Source of the DNA: Elusimicrobiota bacterium
GTDB taxonomy: Bacteria > Elusimicrobiota > Elusimicrobia > UBA1565 > UBA9628
Reading direction: 5' to 3'
DNA length: 64,000 bases
NCBI GenBank assembly: GCA_016212825.1
Contig: JACRDS010000052.1
Coordinates: 424-64,423, forward strand
Under the pieces are notes generated by a model that was given only the letters and a program-made list of their open reading frames with translations, had not been told where the DNA came from and made no database searches. This document shows, one piece after another, positions 10,570 through 19,111 of this stretch. Both the position numbers and the translations under genes were made by a program. The number at the start of each line of letters is the position of its first letter. The first letter of the stretch is position 1.

Positions 10570-11289
10570 ATGGCTCCCAAGCTCCTCCTCTTCGACATAG
10601 ACGGCACCTTGGTGCGCGCCGGCGGGGCCGGCCGCCGGGCCCTCAACGAGGCCGCCCGCAAGCTCTACGGCAAGGACCACGTGTGCAGCGAATTCTCCCT
10701 GGCCGGCCGCACGGACTTGTGGAACTTCGCTACCGCCTACCGCCTGGCCACCGGCAAGAGGCCCTCGCCGCGCGCGGTAGAGAAGCTCTACCGCGCGTAC
10801 CTGCGCCTGCTGCCCCGCTACGTGAGCAAGGCCGCGCGTGAGAAGACCTACATCCTGCCCCCCGGCATCAAGACCTTGCTCAGGCGCCTCAAGCGCGAGC
10901 CCGGCGTCCTGCTCGGCCTGGGCACCGGCAACCTGGAGGAAGGCGCGCGCATCAAGCTCGGGCCTTCCGGGTTCAACGGCTATTTCCAGTTCGGGGGCTT
11001 CGGCTCCGACTCCTTCCACCGCGACCGCATCCTCAAGAAGGCGGTGTGCCGGGCGGCCCGCTACGCGGGCCGGCGCATCCGGCCCCGCGACGTGTTCGTC
11101 ATCGGCGACACCCCCTTCGACGTGTCCGCCGGCCGTAAGGCCGGCTACAACACCGTGGCCGTGGGCACGGGCTTCGCCACCTGGAAGGAGCTCGTGCGCT
11201 CGCGGCCCGACCGCCTGGCCCGGGATTTCCGCGGCGTGGCCAAGTGGCTCGAGTGGTTCGGCCTGGCCGGGCCACGCAAGGGAGGCTGA
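10570..11289 (+). CDS. HAD-superfamily hydrolase (phosphoglycolate phosphatase-like)
   Basis: LLLFDIDGTLV motif I, GLGTGN motif, VFVIGDTPFDV motif IV. Confidence 0.8.
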   Translation: MAPKLLLFDIDGTLVRAGGAGRRALNEAARKLYGKDHVCSEFSLAGRTDLWNFATAYRLATGKRPSPRAVEKLYRAYLRLLPRYVSKAAREKTYILPPGIKTLLRRLKREPGVLLGLGTGNLEEGARIKLGPSGFNGYFQFGGFGSDSFHRDRILKKAVCRAARYAGRRIRPRDVFVIGDTPFDVSAGRKAGYNTVAVGTGFATWKELVRSRPDRLARDFRGVAKWLEWFGLAGPRKGG

Positions 11290-11290
11290 T

Positions 11291-11797
11291 ATGGATAAAA
11301 CCCAGCTTTATCTGCTCGGCGGGGCCCTGGTCCTGCTGGCCGGGCTGGCCGTGGTGCAGGCTCAGGAAGGCTCGGGCGGGGGCATGCTCTACCTGCGCGG
11401 CCCCGAGGAGAGGCTGGCCCGGCTCGACTCTCTCCTGCACATGAGCGCGGCCCAGAAAGCCAAAGTCCTGCGCGTCTTTCAGCGGGTGGACGCCTCGGTC
11501 AAGGCCGCGGTCAGCAAAGGGGACGACGATATCCGCGCCGCTCTGGACTCCGAGCGGCAGGCGCAGTTCGACGAGCTCAAGCCTGACACCGAGGTGGCCC
11601 CGACCTCCATGGCCGGACGCGGGAATTTCCGGGCCATGCAGCAGCAGATGCAGGGGCAGGGCGGACAAGGACAAGGCGGACAAGGCATGGGCGGGCAGGG
11701 CATGGGCGGCATGCAGGGCGGCCCCGGCGGCCAGCGGGGCGGGCCCGGCGGGCAGCAGGGCCGGCGCATGGGGCCCGGGCCTGGCGGCCGGCATTGA
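11291..11797 (+). CDS. secreted protein with Gly/Gln/Met-rich tail
   Basis: ATG at 11291 follows the HAD stop. Signal-peptide-like N-terminus and a C-terminal QGQGGQGQGGQGMGGQGMGGMQGGPGGQ low-complexity tail. The longer ORF from 10838 is a shadow of the HAD gene. Confidence 0.5.
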   Translation: MDKTQLYLLGGALVLLAGLAVVQAQEGSGGGMLYLRGPEERLARLDSLLHMSAAQKAKVLRVFQRVDASVKAAVSKGDDDIRAALDSERQAQFDELKPDTEVAPTSMAGRGNFRAMQQQMQGQGGQGQGGQGMGGQGMGGMQGGPGGQRGGPGGQQGRRMGPGPGGRH

Positions 11798-11856
11798 CGG
11801 GCAGAGTAAGTTAAGAAAGTCAATCCCTGTCACCGGCTTCGGGAAAGCCCGATAAG

Positions 11857-11886
11857 TTGAGGCCTGACATCGGGAAATCGTATCCT
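11857..11886 (+). promoter_or_regulatory. sigma70-like promoter (TTGAGG-18 nt-TATCCT), -10 ends 6 nt before the proS ATG
   Basis: TTGAGG at 11857-11862, TATCCT at 11881-11886, ATG at 11893. No SD in the gap. Confidence 0.45.
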
Positions 11887-11892
11887 ATCTCC

Positions 11893-13455
11893 ATGGCACA
11901 ACCGACACCCGCCCAGCAGCCCAAGACCGCCGAAGACGGCATCACCACCCGCGCCGCGGATTACGGGCAGTGGTACCTCGACGTGGTCAAGCGCGCGCAA
12001 TTGGCCGAGCACTCGGTCGTGCGCGGTTGCATGGTCATCCGTCCCCACGGCTACGCCATCTGGGAGAAGCTCCAGCGCGAGCTCGACGACCGCTTCAAGT
12101 TCACCGGCCACCAGAACGCCTATTTTCCCATGTTCATCCCGCTCTCCCTGATGGCCAAGGAGGAGGCGCACGCGGCCGGCTTCGCCAAGGAATGCGCGGT
12201 GGTCACGCACTACCGGCTCAAGTCCAAGGACGGCAAGGTCATCCCGGACCCCGACTCCCAGCTCGACGAGCCCCTGATCGTGCGCCCCACCAGCGAGACC
12301 ATCATCTGGGAGACCTTCAAGGGCTGGATCCAGAGCTACCGCGACCTGCCCATACTCGTCAACCAATGGTGCAACATCGTGCGCTGGGAGATGCGCACGC
12401 GGCTCTTTTTGCGCACGGCCGAGTTCCTCTGGCAGGAAGGCCACACCGCCCATGCCACGGCTCAGGAGGCCATCGAGGAGACCGAGCGCATGCTCGGCGT
12501 CTACGCGGACGTGGCCGAGAACGTCATGGCCGTGCCCGTGATCCGCGGCCGCAAGACCCCGGGCGAGCGCTTCGCCGGCGCCTTGGACACCATGTGCATC
12601 GAAGGCATGATGCAGGACGGCAAGGCTTTGCAGATGGGCACCAGCCACTACCTGGGCCAGAACTTCGCCAAGTCCGCGGACGTCAAGTTCCTCGACGCCA
12701 ACGGCAAGCTCGACTACGTCTACGCCTCCTCCTGGGGCGTCTCCACGCGCCTGATCGGCGCCTTGATCATGGCGCACAGCGACGACACCGGCCTGGTCCT
12801 GCCGCCGAAACTTGCGCCCATCCACGTCGCAATCGTGCCCATCTACAAGACCCCGGAGGAGAAGATCAAGGTCATGGCCGAGGCGCGTACCACCATGGCT
12901 GAACTCAAGGCTCAGGGCCTGGCGGTCAAGCTCGACGGGCGCGAAGGCCTTTCGCCCGGAGCCAAGTACTACGAGTGGGAGGGCAAGGGCGTGCCCCTGC
13001 GCGTCGAGATCGGGCCCAAGGACCTGGAGAAAGGCACCTTGTGCCTGGTGCGCCGTTTCGTCCTGGAACAGGCCGGCGAGGATGACAAGGCCAGGCGCAA
13101 GCGCGCCAAGTCCTTCCTGCCGCGGGCTGAGGCCATCGCCTCGGTCAAGCCCTTCTTGGACGGGATGCAGAAGGAGCTCCTGGAGCGCGCCCGCGCCTTC
13201 CGGGAGAAGCGCACCCGCGTCATCGACGACCTTCCCGCATTCGAGAAGTTCTTCAAGGACGAGGGCGGAGGCTTCGCCTGGGTGCACTGGGCCGGCGACG
13301 CGGCGCAGGAAGAGGAGCTGGCCAAGCGCTTCGAGACCTCCATCCGCTGCATCCCGCTGGCCGACGACATCCCGGCTGCGGCGCGGGGAGCGGGCAAGTG
13401 CATCCTCACGGGCAAGCCCTCGGCCCAGCGCGTCGTCATGTCCAAGGCGTACTGA
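11893..13455 (+). CDS. proS: prolyl-tRNA synthetase (archaeal/eukaryote-like class II type)
   Basis: DYGQWYLDVVKRAQL..., RPTSETIIW, FLRTAEFLWQEGHTAH, HGDDxGL-like SDDTGLVLPP, and a C-terminal zinc-type tail ending SKAY. Confidence 0.93.
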   Translation: MAQPTPAQQPKTAEDGITTRAADYGQWYLDVVKRAQLAEHSVVRGCMVIRPHGYAIWEKLQRELDDRFKFTGHQNAYFPMFIPLSLMAKEEAHAAGFAKECAVVTHYRLKSKDGKVIPDPDSQLDEPLIVRPTSETIIWETFKGWIQSYRDLPILVNQWCNIVRWEMRTRLFLRTAEFLWQEGHTAHATAQEAIEETERMLGVYADVAENVMAVPVIRGRKTPGERFAGALDTMCIEGMMQDGKALQMGTSHYLGQNFAKSADVKFLDANGKLDYVYASSWGVSTRLIGALIMAHSDDTGLVLPPKLAPIHVAIVPIYKTPEEKIKVMAEARTTMAELKAQGLAVKLDGREGLSPGAKYYEWEGKGVPLRVEIGPKDLEKGTLCLVRRFVLEQAGEDDKARRKRAKSFLPRAEAIASVKPFLDGMQKELLERARAFREKRTRVIDDLPAFEKFFKDEGGGFAWVHWAGDAAQEEELAKRFETSIRCIPLADDIPAAARGAGKCILTGKPSAQRVVMSKAY

Positions 13456-13457
13456 TC

Positions 13458-13504
13458 CGGGGACACCTCACTTAATTCGCCGGCAATTGAGTAAGGTGTC
13501 CCCG
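13458..13504. terminator. palindromic hairpin (family 2) between convergent stops; likely a bidirectional terminator
   Basis: CGGGGACACCT (13458-13468) pairs with AGGTGTCCCCG (13494-13504), and the inner AATT segments also pair. It sits 2 nt after the proS stop and 2 nt before the stop of the minus-strand gene. Confidence 0.55.
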
Positions 13505-13506
13505 AA

Positions 13507-13914
13507 TTAATGCAGCGGGCCGCGCCAGCGGGACAACGCGCCCGTGGGCCCCACGTTCTCGTGGAGCGCCAGCCACAGCCAGTCCGGGAACAGCCAGACG
13601 GCGAGGGCAAAGACCGCGGCGTAGGCGATGAGGATGCGGACGAGCCCGCGCCGGCCGCCCGAGACGATGCAGCGGCGTGAGGCGCAATGCGCCATGTAGC
13701 CGATTCCGGCGCAGAAAAGGAGAGGGGTCAGCCAACCCCAGCCGGCCCAGGCCGTTCCCACATAGTCGCCCAACAGGGACCAGAGCACGCTCGAACTGCC
13801 GGCCAGCCATAGGGCCTTGCGCCCGGCGCGCGGATTGTCCTGCTGCCGGGACCAGCGCAGGGATTCCAGTCCCAGCAAGGGCAGGCCGGCCAGGAGCAGC
13901 AGAAGTATCAGCAT
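13507..13914 (-). CDS. hypothetical 4-TM membrane protein (paralogue A)
   Basis: Four hydrophobic helices. Shares WGW and HC...RRC motifs with the adjacent ORF. TATAAT (minus strand) at 13929-13934. Confidence 0.55.
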   Translation of the reverse strand: MLILLLLLAGLPLLGLESLRWSRQQDNPRAGRKALWLAGSSSVLWSLLGDYVGTAWAGWGWLTPLLFCAGIGYMAHCASRRCIVSGGRRGLVRILIAYAAVFALAVWLFPDWLWLALHENVGPTGALSRWRGPLH

Positions 13915-13951
13915 GGTGACCTGTTCCCATTATACAACCCTGGGAGCGGTC

Positions 13952-14356
13952 TCAGCGCAGGCTGTGGAGGCGCGACAGGGACGAGACCGCCTGTCCGCGG
14001 GAGAAGAGACCGTCGGCGGCCGAGGCCGGGATAACCCACTGCGTGGCCAGGAAGAGCGCGCAGAAGCCGGCCAGGACGGCCCCGGTCTTGAAGCAGCGGC
14101 GGCGTCCCTCGCAGTGTAGCCACTCGCAGAAGCCGCAGAGAAAGGCTCCCAGGGCCAGCAGGGGATAGGGGAACCAGCCCCAATCCGGACGGATCAGGAC
14201 CACGTAGGCGCTGAACATCCCCCAGAGGACGCTGCCCGAGAACGAGAGACAGACGGCTTTCGACAGGCAGTAGCGCGCCCCCGTGGTCGCGTACCAGTGC
14301 AGGGGCACAAGGCTCAACAAGGGGACTACGGCCAATAAAGCGAAGATCAGCGCCAT
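13952..14356 (-). CDS. hypothetical 4-TM membrane protein (paralogue B)
   Basis: Same length and topology as 13507-13914; conserved DWGW and HCEGRRRC segments. Confidence 0.55.
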   Translation of the reverse strand: MALIFALLAVVPLLSLVPLHWYATTGARYCLSKAVCLSFSGSVLWGMFSAYVVLIRPDWGWFPYPLLALGAFLCGFCEWLHCEGRRRCFKTGAVLAGFCALFLATQWVIPASAADGLFSRGQAVSSLSRLHSLR

Positions 14357-14472
14357 CGAGAACTCCCACCCTAGTATGCGCCGCCGCGGTCAAACGCCTG
14401 TCAAATACGGGGCGGATACCTCCGCGCGAGGTTTGGTATCATACCCGGACAGCAGGCTGTCCAGGAGGCATC

Positions 14473-16155
14473 ATGAGCGTTTTGGTCGAGTGCGTGCCGA
14501 ATTTCAGCGAAGGCCGCGACCGCAAGGTCATCGACGCCATCGCCGACACGGTCAAGGCCGTGCCCGGCGTGGCCCTGCTTGACGTGGACCCGGGAGCGGC
14601 CACCAACCGCACGGTCTACACCTTCGCCGGCGCCCCGGAAGACGTCCTGGAGGCGGCCTTCCAGGCCATCCGCAAGGGCGTGGAGCTCATCGACATGCGG
14701 CGGCACAAGGGCGAGCACGCGCGCCAGGGCGCCTGCGACGTCTGCCCCTTCATCCCCATCGACGGCGCGACCATGAAGGACTGCGTGGAACTCGCCCGCA
14801 GGCTCGGCGAGCGCGTGGGCAAGGAGCTCGAAGTGCCGGTCTACCTCTACGCCGAAGCCGCCTCCCGGCCCGCGCGCCGGCGCCTGCCCGACATCCGCGC
14901 CGGCGAGTACGAGGCCCTGGAGGAGAAGCTCAAGAAGCCCGAATGGAAGCCCGATTTCGGGCCGGCGAAGTTCAACGCCAAGGCCGGCGCCGCGGCCGTG
15001 GGCGCGCGCAATTTCCTTATCGCCTACAACGTCAACCTCAATACCCAGAGCGTGGCTCTGGCCAAGGACATCGCCTTCGCCATACGCGAGTCCGGCCGCC
15101 TCAAGCGCGACGAGAAGGGGAACAAGGTCCAGGACCCGGACGGCAAGGACCTGCGCGAGCCCGGCCTGTTCAAAGGAGTGCAGGCCACGGGCTGGCTCAT
15201 CCCGGAGTACCGCCGCGCGCAGGTCACTATAAACATCCTGGATCTCGAGGCCGCTCCCGTGCATAAGGTCTACGACGCCTGCTGCGAGCTCGCCGCACGG
15301 AAGGGCCTGCGCGTCACCGGCAGCGAGGTGGTGGGCATGGTGCCGCGCCGCGTCCTGCTGGAGGCCGGCCGATACTTCCTGAAGAAGCAGGGGCAGAGCG
15401 CGGGCGTTTCCGACGAGGAACTGGTGGAGGCCGCAGCCCAGTCTTTGGGGCTTTCCGACGTGGCTCCTTTCGACCCGGCCGCCAAGGTCATCGAAGAGCG
15501 CTTCCGCAAGCCTACGCCTTTGGCTGATGCCTCCCTCGGAAGATTCCTGCGCGAGCTCGCCTCCCGCGCCCCGGCCCCGGGGGGAGGCTCGGTGGCGGCC
15601 CTTTCCGGAGCCCTGGCTGCGGCCCTGTGCTCCATGGTCTCGGCGCTGACCCACGAGAAGAAGGGCTACGAGGCGGTGCGCGACGATATGGAGGCCATGG
15701 CCGTGAAGGCCCAGGGCCTGCTCAAGTCCATGGTCCGGGCCGTGGATGAGGACACCGAGGCCTTCAACAAGCTCATGGCCGCCCTGGGATTGCCCAAGGC
15801 CGACGAGGCGCAGGCCGCGGCGCGCAAGGCCGCCATCGCCTCCGCCACCAAGGCCGCCACTCTGGAGCCCCTTGGGGTGCTGGAGCAGCAGGTGGCGGTG
15901 CTGGACTGCGCCATGCTCGCGGACGAGTACGGCAACCCCAACGCGGTCTCCGACGCGGGCGTAGCCGGCCTCATGGCGCGCGCCGCGGCTCTGGGCGCCT
16001 ACTACAACGTCCTCATCAACCTGGCCGGGATCAAGGAGAAGGCTTGGCGCACCAAGACCCTGAAGCGCGCCGAAACGGCCGTGGCGCAGGTCAACAGGAA
16101 GGCGTCAGCCCTGGAAGCGTCCATGCGCCGGAAGCTGCGCCAACCCCTCAAGTAG
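14473..16155 (+). CDS. ftcD: bifunctional glutamate formimidoyltransferase / formimidoyl-THF cyclodeaminase
   Basis: N-terminal ECVPNFSEGRD transferase signature. C-terminal cyclodeaminase-like helical domain (PAPGGGSVAALSGALAAAL). GGAGG SD upstream. Confidence 0.88.
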   Translation: MSVLVECVPNFSEGRDRKVIDAIADTVKAVPGVALLDVDPGAATNRTVYTFAGAPEDVLEAAFQAIRKGVELIDMRRHKGEHARQGACDVCPFIPIDGATMKDCVELARRLGERVGKELEVPVYLYAEAASRPARRRLPDIRAGEYEALEEKLKKPEWKPDFGPAKFNAKAGAAAVGARNFLIAYNVNLNTQSVALAKDIAFAIRESGRLKRDEKGNKVQDPDGKDLREPGLFKGVQATGWLIPEYRRAQVTINILDLEAAPVHKVYDACCELAARKGLRVTGSEVVGMVPRRVLLEAGRYFLKKQGQSAGVSDEELVEAAAQSLGLSDVAPFDPAAKVIEERFRKPTPLADASLGRFLRELASRAPAPGGGSVAALSGALAAALCSMVSALTHEKKGYEAVRDDMEAMAVKAQGLLKSMVRAVDEDTEAFNKLMAALGLPKADEAQAAARKAAIASATKAATLEPLGVLEQQVAVLDCAMLADEYGNPNAVSDAGVAGLMARAAALGAYYNVLINLAGIKEKAWRTKTLKRAETAVAQVNRKASALEASMRRKLRQPLK

Positions 16156-16266
16156 CGGCCGTTGGCGTTACCTGGTTTTCACGATTTTGGCCTAGGCCGC
16201 TTGGACCTGTTTTTATAGGGCTACCGGCTCATGCGCGAGCGGGAGCATTCTGGTATCTTCTCTTCC

Positions 16267-16875
16267 ATGAGAAAACTCGCGCTCCTCGTCTTCGCTCTGG
16301 CCATGGCCGTGCCCTGCCGCACCCAATCCATCCAGGAACTCTTCGGGGCCGACCCAGGGCCGCTCCTCCAGGAGGCGTACCGCCAGCAGGCCGAGTACGA
16401 GGCGCGTCTGGCCAGGGAGCGCGCCAAGAGGGCCAAGGGAGACTGGCTGGGAGAGCTCACCGGCGCCGTCCTGGCTCCCAAGCAGGACGAGCGCTGCGTC
16501 CTGGCGGTCGTGGCGGCCCGCTTGGGCGTGGCCCTGCCCGCGGGCGAGCCCCCGGCCGTGTACCGAGCCAGCCGGGTGATCCTTGAGGACTATCAGTCCT
16601 ACTACTACTCCGAGTTCGGCATCCAGGAGACCCCGCGCGCCGTCGCCACGCTCTATTGCCCGTCCAACAACGTGATCTTCCTCGACGACTCCGCCAAGTC
16701 CTACGGCCCCGGGCGGGGCGTGGACGGCGCCCTGGCCGGGCAGTACGCGCTCTATCTGCAGCACCGCGTCCTGGGCCGGGCGCCCGGCTCGGCCCAGGCC
16801 CAGGCCGTGGCCGCGGAAGTCGCGGCCTGGTTCCAAACCGCCTACACCGCGCGCAAAGCCTCGGCCTGCCGCTGA
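16267..16875 (+). CDS. hypothetical secreted protein
   Basis: Signal peptide MRKLALLVFALAMAVP from the ATG at 16267. TATCTT -10 box at 16254-16259. Confidence 0.5.
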   Translation: MRKLALLVFALAMAVPCRTQSIQELFGADPGPLLQEAYRQQAEYEARLARERAKRAKGDWLGELTGAVLAPKQDERCVLAVVAARLGVALPAGEPPAVYRASRVILEDYQSYYYSEFGIQETPRAVATLYCPSNNVIFLDDSAKSYGPGRGVDGALAGQYALYLQHRVLGRAPGSAQAQAVAAEVAAWFQTAYTARKASACR

Positions 16876-16914
16876 CGCCGCCCGGACGGCGCGCCTTGTG
16901 CTATCATAGGCGCC

Positions 16915-18618
16915 TTGAGACTACGGGCCTCTGACCAGCCGATCCTCTCTTCCCAGGTCGCCGGTCTGCTGCTCTTCTGCGGGCTCTGCAGCGGGCTCTT
17001 CTCGGGCGGCCTGCGCGACGCGGCGCTCGCCGCCCCGGTCCTCGTCTGCATCGCCCTGACCGCCTGGCTCGGCCCCCTTCCGAGCGGAGGACTGCTCAGA
17101 CCCTGGCTCCTCTTCCTGGGTTGGGCCGCGCTGTCCTTGTGCGCCGGGCCCCAGCCCCTCATGGGGCTGGCGACCGTATCCCGATGGACCGTCCTGGTGA
17201 TATTCCTCTGCTCGGCTTCTTCCCATTGGGGGGAGGCGGGGAGGCGGCGTTGGTTCTGGGGTCTGGGCTTGTGCGGCGCGGTGCTGGCCGCGGCCGCCGT
17301 CCTCGTGGACCGGCCCGGCTATCCGCGCGTCGGCATACTGCCGCCGTACTACAACTACACCTGCTTCGTCGAAGCCGCGCTCTTCGGCGCGGCCCTGGCC
17401 GCGGCCCTGTGCCGGGACGGGCCGCGGGGGCCGTGGCGCTGGGCCGCGGCGGGCCTGGCCGCCATGGCGTTGGCGGAGGTCGTCTGGGCCCGCTCCCGGG
17501 GCGGCCTGCTGGCGGCCGGGACCGGCGCCGCGGTCCTCGCCTGGCGGCATATTCCCCGAAGATGGCTGGGGCCCGCGGTCCTGGCCCTGGGTCTGGCCTG
17601 CCTGGCGGCCATGGCTGTGGCGACCAGGGCTAAGCTCGATGTGATGAGGGATTTCAAGAGGCCGCAGATCTGGCGGGCCGCCCTGGCCGTCGCCGCGGAG
17701 CACCCCGTCCTCGGCGCCGGGCCCGGGGAGTTCGCCAACGCGTTCTTGAAGCATAATTTCCCGGCCGGCTACGGGACCGGCGTGTACCGCGCCCGGGCCG
17801 AGCATGCCCACAGCGAGGTCATGGAAGCCCTGGCGCAGTTCGGGGTCCCCGGGACCCTCCTGCTCCTGGCGGCGCTCTGGGCCAGCTTCGCGCCGGGCCC
17901 CCCGGAGAGCTCGTCCTGGACTCGGGAAGCCGGACTCGCCGCCGCCTCGGCCATGGCGGCCCAATGTCTGATAGACAACATGCTGCACCTGCCGGCCCTC
18001 GGCCTGCTCTTCTTCTCCGCGCTGGCCGTCGCGCGGGCTCCGGAGGCGCGGTCCGCCGCGGCTGAGGGTCCGCTTTGGCGGGGTTTCGTGTGGGCGGGAC
18101 TGCTCTCGGCCGCGGTCGCCTGGGTTCCCGGCGTCCTGGTCGAGCGCTGGCGCGCGCAAGGCGGGACGGAGCCGCTCCTGCGGGCGGTGCGCCTGGCTCC
18201 GGCGGACGCCTATCTGCGGGAGGCGCTCGCCTGGGCCTGGCTGGCCGGAAAGCCCGCGCGCGCGGATGCGGCGGCGGCCCAACTGGCCCAAGCCGAGTCG
18301 CTGAGCCCCTATAATGCGGTCTACCCGGCCGAGGGCGCCAGGCTGGAGAAGCTCCAGGGGGACTGGCCCCGGGTCCTGGAGCGCGCGCAGCGCGCCGTGG
18401 AGCTGGAGCCTGACTGTCTGGGGGCCAGGCTCCTGCGCGCCGAGGCCCTGCTGCTTCTGGACCGCCGCGGGGAGGCCCGGGCCGAGCTTTCCGAGATCGG
18501 GCGCAGGAGCGCGGCCCTGGGAGGACAGCTCAACACCGGGACCGGCTACGAGGGCTTCATCCTGAGATTCGACCAGGTCCTCTACGAACGGCTGGAGCGG
18601 GCGGTCCGCTCAGGCTGA
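16915..18618 (+). CDS. O-antigen ligase (Wzy_C) family membrane protein with C-terminal TPR-like region
   Basis: Polytopic. RSRGGLLAAGTG loop and AHSEVMEALAQFG motif typical of O-antigen ligase-like proteins, then a helical-repeat tail. The start (TTG at 16915) is uncertain. Confidence 0.7.
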   Translation: MRLRASDQPILSSQVAGLLLFCGLCSGLFSGGLRDAALAAPVLVCIALTAWLGPLPSGGLLRPWLLFLGWAALSLCAGPQPLMGLATVSRWTVLVIFLCSASSHWGEAGRRRWFWGLGLCGAVLAAAAVLVDRPGYPRVGILPPYYNYTCFVEAALFGAALAAALCRDGPRGPWRWAAAGLAAMALAEVVWARSRGGLLAAGTGAAVLAWRHIPRRWLGPAVLALGLACLAAMAVATRAKLDVMRDFKRPQIWRAALAVAAEHPVLGAGPGEFANAFLKHNFPAGYGTGVYRARAEHAHSEVMEALAQFGVPGTLLLLAALWASFAPGPPESSSWTREAGLAAASAMAAQCLIDNMLHLPALGLLFFSALAVARAPEARSAAAEGPLWRGFVWAGLLSAAVAWVPGVLVERWRAQGGTEPLLRAVRLAPADAYLREALAWAWLAGKPARADAAAAQLAQAESLSPYNAVYPAEGARLEKLQGDWPRVLERAQRAVELEPDCLGARLLRAEALLLLDRRGEARAELSEIGRRSAALGGQLNTGTGYEGFILRFDQVLYERLERAVRSG

Positions 18619-19086
18619 GGCGGCCTGCCCGCCTGCGGGGGCCGCGGGGCCGCCCGCGGGAGCCGCGGGCAGGGGCAGGAAGTCGATCTCGATGCGGCAC
18701 TTGGCCTGGCAGCCGCAGGTCTGGGAGGCGCCCGCGAAGATCGGCTGCGGGCAGACGCCGCCGCTCTCGCTCAGGTTCCGCCGCCGGGTCACCGCGTTGG
18801 CGACCGCCTCGGAGAAGTCGAAATGGCCGTTGCCGCAGCGTCCGGGGCAGTCCGCGTCGAAGCGGTACGGGTCGTTGGCCTTGATGTCCATGACCTTCTC
18901 ATCGAGGAGCGTCTGCTGGGGGCTGAAGAACTGCAGGGTGATCTTGAGGCGCTTGACGAAGGGGTAGCGGGCCCCGAGGACCCCCCCGGAGGATTCGCGG
19001 CTCAGGGCGTCGGCCGCGCGCTGGACCTTCTCCTCGTTCTTGTTGGGCCCGGCGTTCTTGCGGCGCTTCTTGAAGAATCTAGCCAT
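18610..19086 (-). CDS. hypothetical basic/Cys-rich protein trailing the AmmeMemoRadiSam genes
   Basis: ATG at 19086, 25 nt after the radical SAM stop. Lys/Arg-rich N-terminus, six Cys (DADCPGRCGNG, GVCPQ, QTCGCQAKC) and a PAAPAGG repeat tail. The longer ORF to 19275 overlaps the radical SAM gene. Confidence 0.45.
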   Translation of the reverse strand: MARFFKKRRKNAGPNKNEEKVQRAADALSRESSGGVLGARYPFVKRLKITLQFFSPQQTLLDEKVMDIKANDPYRFDADCPGRCGNGHFDFSEAVANAVTRRRNLSESGGVCPQPIFAGASQTCGCQAKCRIEIDFLPLPAAPAGGPAAPAGGQAASA

Positions 19087-19111
19087 GGCCCAGTATAGCG
19101 CTTTTGAAAGA

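Noticed and set aside
11830-13287. 485-aa ORF antisense to proS.
   Set aside because: Same reasoning: proS is full-length and motif-complete on the plus strand, and the antisense product has no recognisable features.
14357-14472. Possible THF or other riboswitch in the 116-nt ftcD leader.
   Set aside because: Only a short GGACAG/CTGTCC hairpin next to the SD is visible. I cannot recognise conserved riboswitch cores by eye, and a covariance-model scan would be needed.
14401-15654. 417-aa ORF antisense to ftcD.
   Set aside because: Shadow frame opposite a well-supported gene.
16921-18291. 456-aa ORF antisense to the O-antigen-ligase-like gene.
   Set aside because: The Arg/Pro/Gly-rich translation has no hydrophobic structure, while the plus-strand product has a coherent polytopic profile and family motifs.
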